Shown: piece by piece, positions 52,850-62,485 of the stretch
How the letters are laid out: each line of letters begins with the position of its first letter
How positions within the stretch are numbered: the first letter of the stretch is position 1
From: a virus
Reading direction: 5' to 3' (one strand)
DNA: 64,000 nt
IMG/VR virus record: IMGVR_UViG_3300049491_000357
Span: 22,839-86,838 of that record
Notes under the pieces: model-generated
Databases searched by the model: none
Told to the model about the DNA's origin: nothing
Seen by the model: only the letters and a program-made list of their open reading frames with translations
Made by a program: the position numbers and the translations under genes

Positions 52850-53860
52850 TCACTCAGAGTACTCTTCACCGGCCAACACAAGAAGCCCCTCCGCAACAGC
52901 GGTCATAGGGTCACTGGCCATGCGGATCTCAGAGATGGGGATCGGAAAACCACGCTTGTTAACCAGAGCGTACTCTTCTCGGAAAACCTCTTCGAACCCC
53001 CCTGCCTTGGTGGTTCCACCCGAAATGACGAACGGGATGGGGTCTGGGAGGCTGATCGTATTGGCCGCCTGTCGGAACTGGGCTGCGATGTTCTCCAGAC
53101 AGTACCTAATGAGAGCCCTGACGTAGAGAACGATGGCTTCTTCTTCTCGGTTCTTGGGGTTGAGAAGGTCGACCCCTTTTTCCTTCACGGCACACATACG
53201 TGAAGCGGTTGAACCTAGGGCTTTTGCCGCGTGATTGTCGATGTAGTCCCCACCCCGAGCGAGCGAGAACTCCAACCCCTTCACGGTTTGATAAGCCAAG
53301 GCAACATTGCACATACCTGAGCCGAAGCTGACAGCCAGTCCGCTAAACTGCTCAGCAGCACACTGGCTGTAGATGATCGCCATTGCTTCATTCATCGGAT
53401 GGGGGGTGTACCCGTGCTCCGATAGAATCTTGCGGAAAACCTCTGTGTGGTAAACCACATCCTGGTTGGGGTCATCCAGTGGGGAGGCAGGCACGCTGTA
53501 GTAGCAGTGCTCTCGCTCCGTAATCGGCTCGGAGAGAACGTTGAAGATGAGCAACGACAAGATCTTTTGTGCTGACATCTCTCCGGCCGCAATAACCCCA
53601 CGGCTAAGAGGTCGACGCACTTCCTGTTTGAAGAGGTTGGCCATCGTGAGAGCTGAGTCGCCCAACACGACCAATGACCCCTCCTCCTCAACGTACGAGA
53701 CCTTGGACAGCTTCAGGGTTTTCTTCGCCTCAAGCTCAAGATCAATGAAAGCGTCTCGAACACGCTTTGTCGTTGTACGCCCGGCTTCAGTTGTACGGGC
53801 TGACACGATATTCATCGTGCCAATATCGAGTCCTACCCCAGGCTTGTTCTCAGATGCCAT
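52850..53860 (-). CDS. Actin-like ATPase (MreB/MamK superfamily)
   Basis: Phosphate-1 GLDIGTMNIV, connect NEAMA, phosphate-2 VSFGSGMCN, adenosine ISGGTT, DPMTAVAEG; GGAG SD before ATG 53860. Confidence 0.88.
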   Translation of the reverse strand: MASENKPGVGLDIGTMNIVSARTTEAGRTTTKRVRDAFIDLELEAKKTLKLSKVSYVEEEGSLVVLGDSALTMANLFKQEVRRPLSRGVIAAGEMSAQKILSLLIFNVLSEPITEREHCYYSVPASPLDDPNQDVVYHTEVFRKILSEHGYTPHPMNEAMAIIYSQCAAEQFSGLAVSFGSGMCNVALAYQTVKGLEFSLARGGDYIDNHAAKALGSTASRMCAVKEKGVDLLNPKNREEEAIVLYVRALIRYCLENIAAQFRQAANTISLPDPIPFVISGGTTKAGGFEEVFREEYALVNKRGFPIPISEIRMASDPMTAVAEGLLVLAGEEYSE

Positions 53861-53888
53861 TTTTGATCTCCATCTAATGTAGTGATTT

Positions 53889-54623
53889 TTACTTCTTCCA
53901 CGCCGAGTCATTCGGCAGGGGGATACCCGAGGATGAGAACTTCATCGTCGTATCGAGCTGAGTGCGTTGCTTGAACAGATAGATCAACGTCTCGTGTTCA
54001 TCCGCATATCCTTGCAGTAGGTTGTCTGTCCCAGGCGTAAGTACATCTTGGGCCTTCAAAGCGGCGTAGGCGAGGTCAAAGACCTCCATGAACCCCAGCA
54101 CAGCCAAGAAGGAGCATTGAACCATGACTTCGGCAGAAGCCGAAGTTGAGTTTGGGGCCTCACGGTAGATGACCTGCGTGTACCTTTGCATCATATTGAC
54201 TTGATGCAAAGGTTCGACCAAGGAAGGGACCCCCAAGCCAACCGCTCGTTCGGCAAGCCCATCCACCATCTCAAAAGTAGTATTGTAGGCTCGATCAAAA
54301 AGCTGATGGTCGGCGTAAAACTGCGGCCCACTTGTCGCCCAATGATGGGATTGGTGCAGTTGAGCCTCTGCCCTAAGAACAGCCAAAAGAACAGCTAGCT
54401 CTGCTGCCTTCGACCCTTTTTGGAAAAGAGGCAACGACTGACCAAAGAACTGCCGAAGGGCCTGCTTGAACACATCTGCCTGATTGGCCCGAACTCCCAA
54501 AGAAGCTGTTTTGGCCTGCTTTCGGGAGACTTCAGGCTGAGCGGGTAGATACGGAGGTCCGTCCCGAAAAGGGTCAAACGCAAGCGGGTCGACCAGAATT
54601 GTTCGATCCGAAGGAGCAGTCAC
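53889..54623 (-). CDS. Dps/ferritin-like protein
   Basis: HHWATSGPQFYADHQLFDRAY...VDGLAER Dps-type signature. Confidence 0.8.
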   Translation of the reverse strand: MTAPSDRTILVDPLAFDPFRDGPPYLPAQPEVSRKQAKTASLGVRANQADVFKQALRQFFGQSLPLFQKGSKAAELAVLLAVLRAEAQLHQSHHWATSGPQFYADHQLFDRAYNTTFEMVDGLAERAVGLGVPSLVEPLHQVNMMQRYTQVIYREAPNSTSASAEVMVQCSFLAVLGFMEVFDLAYAALKAQDVLTPGTDNLLQGYADEHETLIYLFKQRTQLDTTMKFSSSGIPLPNDSAWKK

Positions 54624-54889
54624 TTCTCTGCCTTGGCATCAGACTTCAGTTCCTTGGTCACATCCCCCATGTTGAACTTCTCGGGCTTTGCCGAGAAGGA
54701 CTTGCCCGAGTACGGGGACTTGACCGTTGTCTTCTTCTCCGTGAGGTAGAAGTCTTTACCCGAGTCGGGGTCCGTGTACTTGAACAGGGTGGGCACCGAA
54801 GTCTTTGGCGTCGCCTGCTGCTTCTTGGCGGCAAGACGACCCACAAGGTCATTGGTCTGGGTCAGGATGGAAGCTTGACGAGGGTGCAT
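54620..54889 (-). CDS. Small basic hypothetical protein
   Basis: 89 aa; AGGAG SD; GTGA overlap with next gene. Confidence 0.7.
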   Translation of the reverse strand: MHPRQASILTQTNDLVGRLAAKKQQATPKTSVPTLFKYTDPDSGKDFYLTEKKTTVKSPYSGKSFSAKPEKFNMGDVTKELKSDAKAEK

Positions 54890-54923
54890 GGAAGTCTCCT
54901 AAGAGTCAGGTTACGCAAGAGGA

Positions 54924-55481
54924 TTATTCCCCCTTGCGTATCTTTCGTAGGGCAGACCGTGCATCTGTGACGCTGCCCCCCTCTGTTTGACCTTCCGATA
55001 CCGTGACCCTGGCCTCCTGGCTGTCGCTTCGGATCTGAGAAGGGATGAAGGTGGGGGTGTCCACCTCGACGACGGCAACAGCTGGTCTCCCAGGGGCGGG
55101 TACACCCGTTGAGGGGCCTACCTTAGATGGGGCGGAGAACATCGGGATCTGCCCAGATCGGAGAAGATTCAACACGTCTTCGATTTTTGCCTGCTGGGCC
55201 AACGTTTGGTGCAACTCTGCGTTTTCCTTTTCCAACGTAGCAATACGCGCCTTTAGTTGGGCAATCTCCTCCGTCGGAGGTCTGACATGAGGAGCCACAA
55301 TAGGAGAGGAAGAACTAAGCTTGAACACCCTTCTCTGGCTAATTGCTCGCCAGAGGTCTTTTGACGCTGTCGCTTTTTCACCGGGGATCCAAACAGCAAC
55401 CCCATGAGCAACATCAAGCCCGATATCAGGGAGCTGCACGGTCTCAGGGACGAGACCAACCACTTGAACGTCACCCATCAT
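54924..55481 (-). CDS. Hypothetical coiled-coil protein
   Basis: Start MMGDVQVVG at 55481; the ORF-track upstream extension overlaps the previous gene and contains an in-frame TTA at 55500-55502. Confidence 0.65.
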   Translation of the reverse strand: MMGDVQVVGLVPETVQLPDIGLDVAHGVAVWIPGEKATASKDLWRAISQRRVFKLSSSSPIVAPHVRPPTEEIAQLKARIATLEKENAELHQTLAQQAKIEDVLNLLRSGQIPMFSAPSKVGPSTGVPAPGRPAVAVVEVDTPTFIPSQIRSDSQEARVTVSEGQTEGGSVTDARSALRKIRKGE

Positions 55482-55488
55482 TTGGCTG

Positions 55489-55977
55489 TCATTTCCCTGT
55501 AAGTGTTTTTGCAATCTCCCGACGTAGCAGATCAGGAAGTGTCTTCTTAGCCCATGCCTTAGTCTCTCGTCGAGCCAATTCCACAAAATTAGATGGCTTC
55601 CTACCGGGATGGATCCACTTACCATCAGCCATCGACTTTGCAGTAGCCGATCGGAAGATCAACTTCCCCGACTCCGTGATGATAGGGATAGGAGCCTTGG
55701 CTCGTTTGAGCCAGAGCATTTGCCGGGACTTTTGCCCCTCAACCATGGGACGCCACGCAGGGTGCAAAACCGTCAGCAAGATAGACGATTTCTTGACCTC
55801 AATCTTCATCGCCTTCGAAAAGGCCCTCTTGGCATCATTTGAGAACCCTGTCTGAGAGAGTTGAATTCGAAGACGCCTAAGAAATTGTCGTTCAACCTTC
55901 TTCAGAACGGTTGCGACATCCCCCTTCAGTTCTCCTGTGAGGGGCTTCTTGTATATCGCTTTGACGCCAGACTTCAT
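55489..55977 (-). CDS. Basic neck/tail-completion protein (HK97 gp10-like)
   Basis: 162 aa; KWIHPGRKPSNFVE; neck-gene context. Confidence 0.55.
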   Translation of the reverse strand: MKSGVKAIYKKPLTGELKGDVATVLKKVERQFLRRLRIQLSQTGFSNDAKRAFSKAMKIEVKKSSILLTVLHPAWRPMVEGQKSRQMLWLKRAKAPIPIITESGKLIFRSATAKSMADGKWIHPGRKPSNFVELARRETKAWAKKTLPDLLRREIAKTLTGK

Positions 55978-57326
55978 AAGTAAGTCGTATTTTCCCAGGT
56001 GATCGTACGACCTCTCAACTCACGCTCGTCTGGGATATTGGGCTTCTCCGTGATTGGCGTCGGCCCATTATTGGGGAACTCAGGAAGGATTCTCCCAGCC
56101 GCCACCCGAAGAGGATCCCCCATGGGGACCTTCAATCGCACGTCCTGTTCATCGATGTGCCCGATATTGAAGTGCTGTTGAAGGACCATGCCTCGTGAGG
56201 ATGGGAATCTAACAGCACCCACAGAGTATCGTTCACCGTTGAGCTTCACCAAGAAGTCGCGTTGAGACAAGATGGGGGTTGGTCCCGTCCACACCTCGTA
56301 GGTATGTTCGACGGTTCGTCCCTTGTCTTTCTGCGCAATCCTACGCTCAGCATCATCAGGGGCGATGATGGCATCGTAGGGGCCCTCATACCCCCCAACG
56401 ATTGCAGTGCCGAAACAGATGAGGCAGTCGTTTTGAGGCTGCTTGTGGTACGAGTCCCCCACGCACGGACAGTCAATACCCACGTTTTTACGCAAGAAAA
56501 AGCGTACTCGCTCTCCCCCCTGCTCCAGGATCCAACGGTTCCGACGAACGGCTTCCCGCCACTGCCAATCAAGCTTCTCGACCTCAAAGCTTGACACTGC
56601 CACAGCCCGCTCAAGTGGAGTCTCCACCAAATCCGCAGCAGTGCAGCTACAGGGATCACACCCAGCAGGCAAACCCACCGTGGTGACTCGGTAGAAGACC
56701 CTCTGCATGAGGTCTGTCTTGAGGAGAGACTTCATCCTCCGGTAAGAGCAAGTGACTTTGAAACCAGGTTCAGGGGTCACCGCAGGATCAAGGTTTTGAA
56801 GCGTGACGTTGTTGTAATGCGTCACATCAATCTCGACTTCCCCCGAGAAGCCATCAACCGACTTGATGCGGGCTAGTTGATCTCCAACAAATACCTGCAC
56901 ATCGGAAGGTTCATCCGCGTAGGTACCTTGAGACCCAGACTTGACGATGGGCCCATTGCGAACTTGGAAAACGAAGCGGGGCCAGTAGTTCTGGACAGAG
57001 TTCACCCCCTCAATACGAAATTGATCCGTGACATCCTCAGTCACGAACTCAATGTCTGTCCGATCTTTCCAGTATGTCGTCTGGACAAGGAAGTCAGTCA
57101 GACGGGTAAACGGCCCGTACTCCGAGTCAAAGCTCCGATAGATGTTGACACCCAGGACACGAAACCGGCTATTCAAAGCCAGGATGCTGGGTTCATCCCA
57201 TTGGAGATCAAACGACCCTGGTTGCCACCCACTCGTCAAGAACAAGTTGAGGGGGGCAACAGGCAGAGCTACCCTCGTCAGCTCTAGATCCGAGGGTACC
57301 CTGTCTCGGTTTGAGGCGTAAGACAT
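55977..57326 (-). CDS. Neck/head-closure protein with FN3-like N-terminus and zinc finger (ends at TTA)
   Basis: GGERVRFFLRK...CPC...CLICFGT..GGY.GP; ends WENTTY then TTA overlapping next ATG (TTATG). Confidence 0.7.
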
Positions 57327-57360
57327 GATTGCTGATCATGCCTTACGACAAGAGGAAGTG

Positions 57361-57657
57361 TCAGGCCACCGGAGGAGGATTCTTGTCCCCGCTACTGTGG
57401 GCCACAATCTGTCCCGTTTGCCCGTCGATCTCGATGGGGGTTCCCGGCGGGAGTCCACGTTCCAGCAAAATGCGGTTGAAAACGCGTGCCTTCTCGTCGT
57501 CGATTTGCTTCGCACTGACCAAGATCGTCACCCGTCGTTGCTCCAGCTCCAAGAGTGCATCAGCAGCGTCATAACGTGCTGCCGTCAAGTCGGCCAGCTG
57601 CTTGACCGTCTCTGGGTCCACAGGATCATTGATGGTCTTCTTATTTTCGTCGCTCAT
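57361..57657 (-). CDS. Hypothetical coiled-coil protein
   Basis: 98 aa; AAGGAG SD. Confidence 0.7.
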   Translation of the reverse strand: MSDENKKTINDPVDPETVKQLADLTAARYDAADALLELEQRRVTILVSAKQIDDEKARVFNRILLERGLPPGTPIEIDGQTGQIVAHSSGDKNPPPVA

Positions 57658-57732
57658 TCGATTTTCTCCTTTGATCGGTCAGACCCCTTACCTTAGTACG
57701 AGTACCCATACAAGGGAAAGGACTAAATTCAC

Positions 57733-58011
57733 GTGCATTCGCTTCAGAAGCGGCTTGACTCCCGTACTAACGGTGCCCTATCGGCATTCAATCGAAATGT
57801 AAGCAGCATGGGCCTGAAGGGCCACATCACCATAGCCCCCCTCCCTGCGGGAGACGCGATCTTCATCTTCACGGGGTACAAGGACGGTCACACGAAGTTC
57901 TTTCGTAGCGTCTTGGTCAAGCACGCCGAGGACCTAGCCGCCGAGGTAGCTACTTCAGAAGAGATTCGAACGATGCGCAAACAGAAGACTCGCAAGGTGA
58001 CTTGGTCTTAA
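57733..58011 (+). CDS. Hypothetical protein (only plausible plus-strand gene)
   Basis: 92 aa filling a gap; GGAAAGGA upstream; shares TTAA 58008-58011 with the convergent gene's stop. Confidence 0.5.
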   Translation: MHSLQKRLDSRTNGALSAFNRNVSSMGLKGHITIAPLPAGDAIFIFTGYKDGHTKFFRSVLVKHAEDLAAEVATSEEIRTMRKQKTRKVTWS

Positions 58012-58643
58012 GCGTCCGATCGGTCAAACAACCCAGACAGCTTCTGGATATCAACCCGAAGATCTCCGACCCAAGATTGCAGGGCCTCAAAGAGGCCAAG
58101 CTGTGTTGCGTCCAAAATCTCAGTCCGGTCAAGGTCCTTGGCGAGGAGAAGGAGGAGAAACTGTACCTCCTTCTCGAACTCGATCGCATACGACTTTGCT
58201 CGGACGTACCGAGTTAGCTCACCTAGAAGGCGTTCGACCTCTCGTGTCGCCCCAGGCTGGGAGACTGGCCTAGAGAGGCCCCTCAGCCAGGTATTGGCGG
58301 CAAGACCGACCTCCTTCAGGAGGGTGTTAGACCGTACAGTCTGACGTGCCCATTCCTCGATCTGGTCTGTTGGTCGAATCGGCCAAGGACCATGAAGAGT
58401 ACCAGGCACTTTTTGTACGCTCTTAGGTAGAGTGAGGTTGTTCTCCCCACATTTATTGAGCCAGTAGATATAGAAGGCCCCGTAACTCAACCCACGGGCT
58501 GCTTTTTCTTCGGTTCGTGACACCTCTCGCCAAAGAGTGACGGCCTGTTCATCCACAGACGCCTCAATCTCAGGGGGAAGACGAAATTTAGAGCCGCCTT
58601 GGAGTTTGAATCGGGCAGCAACCTTTTCTACAACGGAGGTCAT
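58008..58643 (-). CDS. Hypothetical protein (possible head-internal protein)
   Basis: Start MTSVVEKVAARF at ATGA overlap with upstream gene. Confidence 0.65.
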   Translation of the reverse strand: MTSVVEKVAARFKLQGGSKFRLPPEIEASVDEQAVTLWREVSRTEEKAARGLSYGAFYIYWLNKCGENNLTLPKSVQKVPGTLHGPWPIRPTDQIEEWARQTVRSNTLLKEVGLAANTWLRGLSRPVSQPGATREVERLLGELTRYVRAKSYAIEFEKEVQFLLLLLAKDLDRTEILDATQLGLFEALQSWVGDLRVDIQKLSGLFDRSDA

Positions 58644-59065
58644 AGCTTCTTGAGGTCTCTGATAAGAGTACCACCGACAACCCACCCACGATCTCTGTAC
58701 CGCTTCCTAAGGGCAAGCAAGAAGAATCCGAATGTGCTGACGTCTATATCGGCGCACTCCAATGAGTATAGTTGGTGTGCGGAAAAAAGGTCCGGGCAGT
58801 TTGACTCATGCTGCCCGTCGTCACGTCGACACAGCATACACCGTCGAGGTTTGCCACAAGACTGTCTGAGCGCCTCCATACGACGTGTCAGCAGAAGTCC
58901 ACGGGGGTCGGAGCGATCTTTCCACTCAAGGCAAGTTCGACGGTGCTTTTTCTGGGCAGCAATAGAAGGTGGTTCGAACCCACAAACACACGTGAAAAGT
59001 CTGGCGGACCTTGGCTCAACTAGTTTGGAAGATGAGTCCTTGGCCCGAAAAAGAGGGTAGCCCAC
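58640..59065 (-). CDS. Cys/His-rich hypothetical protein
   Basis: CVCG...HRRTC and CMLC....H...C motifs. Confidence 0.6.
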   Translation of the reverse strand: MGYPLFRAKDSSSKLVEPRSARLFTCVCGFEPPSIAAQKKHRRTCLEWKDRSDPRGLLLTRRMEALRQSCGKPRRCMLCRRDDGQHESNCPDLFSAHQLYSLECADIDVSTFGFFLLALRKRYRDRGWVVGGTLIRDLKKL

Positions 59066-59073
59066 GCTACTCC

Positions 59074-59307
59074 CTACACCGACTTCTGTCGATTTCTCTC
59101 CTTACATCGAGCACACGGCAAAAAGTAGACGAACGCCTGTTTTTCAGACCCTACCGCAATGAGTCTGCCCTTCCAAATTCGAATGCCGACAAGCGTCTGA
59201 CCCAAGGCCCGAAACTTCGACTGGGCATCTTCAGCAGCCTTGATGGCCGCCCCCATAGCCCTCAGGTCCAATGAGTCGTCAGCGTCAACCGGAACCCCAA
59301 GGATCAT
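59074..59307 (-). CDS. Small hypothetical protein with CxxC
   Basis: 77 aa; ATGA overlap with upstream gene. Confidence 0.5.
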   Translation of the reverse strand: MILGVPVDADDSLDLRAMGAAIKAAEDAQSKFRALGQTLVGIRIWKGRLIAVGSEKQAFVYFLPCARCKERNRQKSV

Positions 59308-60203
59308 ATGCCCATGAATTTGCGGGGGGACAAAACACCACGTCCCACATAGGGACCAAAGGCTGAGCGAATACCCATCCCATAGCGAGGCTGTTGAAGC
59401 CCACGAATGATATTGACCGTTGCTTTGGCCTTTTCAATCTGCTTGTCGAACTGCTCACTTGCGGATGAGGCAGCAGACTCGTACTTACTAGCCTTGTCAA
59501 TACTGAGGCTGATGCCTCCGATCGAGTAATCGAACTCGTCTGCAATCCAGTTGATCCGAACAGCATTCAGGGCCCAGTACATTGCCCCAGTGAGCAACAA
59601 ACTCTTCCATGCCGGATATTGGCCGCCCATCTGGTCCAAGCTTTGGAACGCGGTATACGGTGGATAAAGAGCAATGGAGTTCATGCTTTGCTCAAGGTAC
59701 TCCTTCAACTCATCGTCAAGCCAGATGTACCCAAAGACCTTGTTGAACTGTCGGACCGTCTCTTCGTGAGTGGGAGGCCGGAAGTGGTAGTTCCGATCAG
59801 GGTTGTTGTCACGAAGAAGGGTGCGGAGCCGACGCACAAGATCTGCTTCAGTGACCGTCAGAGGGCTCGTCACCAAAGAGGCACTCGTCACCTGATCAAT
59901 GATATTGAACTCTTGCACGACTCTTTGAATAGGCCCGCTAACCGTTTCTCGGAACTGCCAACGAATTCGATAAGCACCAAGGTTCGCATCGAGAGGGATG
60001 ATGATGCTTGCAAAGTACTCTCCGACCGAAGGGTTGGCAGGAGTTCTCTGGGGGCTCCCAAGAAGTACCTCCGAACCGGTCGTGAAGTCGTACATAGCGT
60101 AGGAAATCTCAGCGGCGTTAACCGGAGTCCCGTTGGCGTTCGTAAGGAAAATGTCGAGCCCACCACGACCAAGTTGCTGCCCTTTGTAGAATGCCGTGCT
60201 CAT
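59304..60203 (-). CDS. Neck/head-tail adaptor protein with N-terminal Ig-like domain
   Basis: LRTLLRD, WLDDELKEYL, EFDYSIGGISLSIDKASKY pattern resembles head-tail adaptors. Confidence 0.65.
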   Translation of the reverse strand: MSTAFYKGQQLGRGGLDIFLTNANGTPVNAAEISYAMYDFTTGSEVLLGSPQRTPANPSVGEYFASIIIPLDANLGAYRIRWQFRETVSGPIQRVVQEFNIIDQVTSASLVTSPLTVTEADLVRRLRTLLRDNNPDRNYHFRPPTHEETVRQFNKVFGYIWLDDELKEYLEQSMNSIALYPPYTAFQSLDQMGGQYPAWKSLLLTGAMYWALNAVRINWIADEFDYSIGGISLSIDKASKYESAASSASEQFDKQIEKAKATVNIIRGLQQPRYGMGIRSAFGPYVGRGVLSPRKFMGI

Positions 60204-60212
60204 GATTTCACC

Positions 60213-61070
60213 TTAGCAGTCCCATCCAAACTTATGCTTGCGTTTCGGGTCACAGGGAGTCCTCATCGCTGCATCCAAGACACGGAAGTACTCGGTATAG
60301 GTCTCGACCCCACAGCCAGGCGATTTCTCCCAAGACCAAACGATCGCCCAGTTACCTGGCTGACCGCACTCCCCAGCCACCCCTGTCGCATAGAAGCACC
60401 CATCAGACGTCATACCAGGAGTTCTACTTTCCGCCCCTCGAAGCTGCTGATACCCGCCAGGCAACACCTGGTAAATGGCGAAAGAGATACACGAAGGGAT
60501 GCTGGAAGGGCAAAGAACAAGGCCCCCAGCTCCAAGTGTCTGCATGTACGAGAACGTCTGCTGAGGGCGTGTGGGACAACAGATGGGGCGAGGTACGCAA
60601 ATCAGCTCCAGGTTCCCTACAAGGGAACCAACCCCATTGATTGGATTAGGGCCATTCCAAACCAGTTGCCCCTGCCCGATGGTTGCCCCACCCATCAAAT
60701 GTACAATGACCGCAGAAGCACTTGGTGTGCTGGAACCTGTGGTCGTACCTGCCAGCAAGACCTGCCCAATGCTGAGCTGCCCCGACCCATAGGCAGTCCC
60801 AGAGCACAGTATGGTGGTGTAGGTAGATACAACAACAGCCGCCCCGAACGCTTCCTGAGAAGTAATGCCGGTAGGGGCAAGTACGGTTGCTACGAAAGGA
60901 GCCCCAAACGCCTCTTCACTGGGGATACTCGTTGGAGCTACCGTGATGATGCTCGTGTTGAGCACCGTGGCTGCCCCGAACGCTTCCTCCGAAGCAATAC
61001 CGGAGACCCCAAGGATCAAGACCTCCAGGGGAGTGCCAAATGCTTCAGCGGAGGGGATCCAAGTAGCCAT
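60213..61070 (-). CDS. Structural protein with SEEAFG repeats and Cys-rich Ig-like domain
   Basis: 285 aa; four IPSxEAFG-type repeats; C-terminal domain resembles N-terminus of 59304-60203. Confidence 0.65.
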   Translation of the reverse strand: MATWIPSAEAFGTPLEVLILGVSGIASEEAFGAATVLNTSIITVAPTSIPSEEAFGAPFVATVLAPTGITSQEAFGAAVVVSTYTTILCSGTAYGSGQLSIGQVLLAGTTTGSSTPSASAVIVHLMGGATIGQGQLVWNGPNPINGVGSLVGNLELICVPRPICCPTRPQQTFSYMQTLGAGGLVLCPSSIPSCISFAIYQVLPGGYQQLRGAESRTPGMTSDGCFYATGVAGECGQPGNWAIVWSWEKSPGCGVETYTEYFRVLDAAMRTPCDPKRKHKFGWDC

Positions 61071-61080
61071 AAATGATCTC

Positions 61081-62472
61081 TAATGGTTGGTCCACAACAA
61101 AGCTTTGCACAGGTACTCCAAACACCTCTTCGGACGGGACACCAGGAGGGCTTATGACGGAGGACGTCAAGACAAACTCCTGTACAGGTGTTCCCATTGC
61201 TTCTGCCGTTGGGATGTACGGAGGGTTCAAGTACAGGACAAATGTAACGAACCCAAATCCTTCCTCACTTGGGATACCTGTGGGGAAGATATCATGCGAA
61301 ACGATGATGTTGAACGTGATCGACGGAGCCGCTGCAAGGGTCAACCTTGCATTCAAGTCAGCCTGAGCCGACGAATTCAGTTGCGCACTGGACGAAAGAG
61401 ATGTCGTCGGATTAAACGTCGTACTCGGACTGAAACTCAAGCTTGACTGAGCTGGGTACGTTACGGTACCCGCCGCATTTAGCTGAGTTGCTCCAACCCA
61501 CGAAGCTCCCGAGTTGAAGGTGGAAGACAGGTCAATTGATAGCCCCACAGATGCAGTGAACCCAGCACTTTGACCAAATGTCGTAGACCCTAGAGCGTCG
61601 ACCACATTGGAGCCCACATGGCTCGAAGTTGCTGTGAGGTTGGTAGCCCCCACAGCATCCAAGACACTAGACACCGAAAGCCCTGTGTTCGTTGCGGCAC
61701 TGAGGGACCCTACAAATGCCGCCTCACAGGTACTCGTGTGCCCGGCCGAAGCCCCCACGCTAAAGGAGGCTGGAATGTCCATTACCGCGTAGGTGGACCA
61801 CCCAGCTACTGCCGCAAAGGCATTTTGAACACTATAGTCTGTTGAAACACTTTCTGTCTGAGAAGCTGTGCTTTGGGTAGTGATGTCCCCCACAGCATCC
61901 AAGTTGCCTGTTTCTGAGACATCCGCTGTCTGAGACAGTGCAAGATCTGGGTACCCGTCAATCGATCCTGAACTCGTGATCTGAGGGAACGTTCCAAAAG
62001 TAAGCGTTGAGCTGTACGTATCTGGGACATTGTACAGCCGAACGTCTGCAACATTCGGGTCCGGGGGGACTCGAAGCCAGACGTCGAATCGTGTGGAGTA
62101 TCGATCCGACACGAAAATCACAGACGTGAGCGTTAGCTTAGGGGCCGCCGAAACGACAATCGCATTGACCAGGCCGATTGTCGGAGTAAGGGCGAGGACT
62201 GGGGACGAAACAGCAGTGATCCCAGGTGCAACTGGGGGGACTCCAATCAGGACGTCATTAGGCCCAATCGTTGGGCTGGTGACGAACGTTGTAGTGCGGG
62301 GAGCCAGTGTTGGGGTAGCTGGGACCCCAATGAAGTTCGTGATGGTCGCAGCAACGACCACAGAAATGATGGGGGAGAGAATAGACGTGACCCCAGTTTC
62401 GACGCTAGGGGCTCTCACCCTAACGTCCGCCGGTTCAATCTCTCCGCTGAAGAGTCGGACATCAGCCGACAT
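61081..62472 (-). CDS. Ser/Thr/Ala-rich fibre/decoration protein (ends at TTA)
   Basis: Ends VVDQP then TTA 61081-61083, then GAGATCATTT and ATG 61070. Confidence 0.7.
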
Positions 62473-62485
62473 GATCTAACCCCTT

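Noticed and set aside
52837-52857. 9-bp tandem repeat (caggtcact x2) at the actin stop
   Set aside because: Too short; probably a local duplication of the stop region.
59619-61076. 485-aa plus-strand ORF (also 43313-44413 and many shorter ones)
   Set aside because: In exact codon register antisense to real genes. The absence of in-frame TTA on the coding strand removes antisense TAA stops, which lengthens such shadow ORFs. No recognisable motifs.
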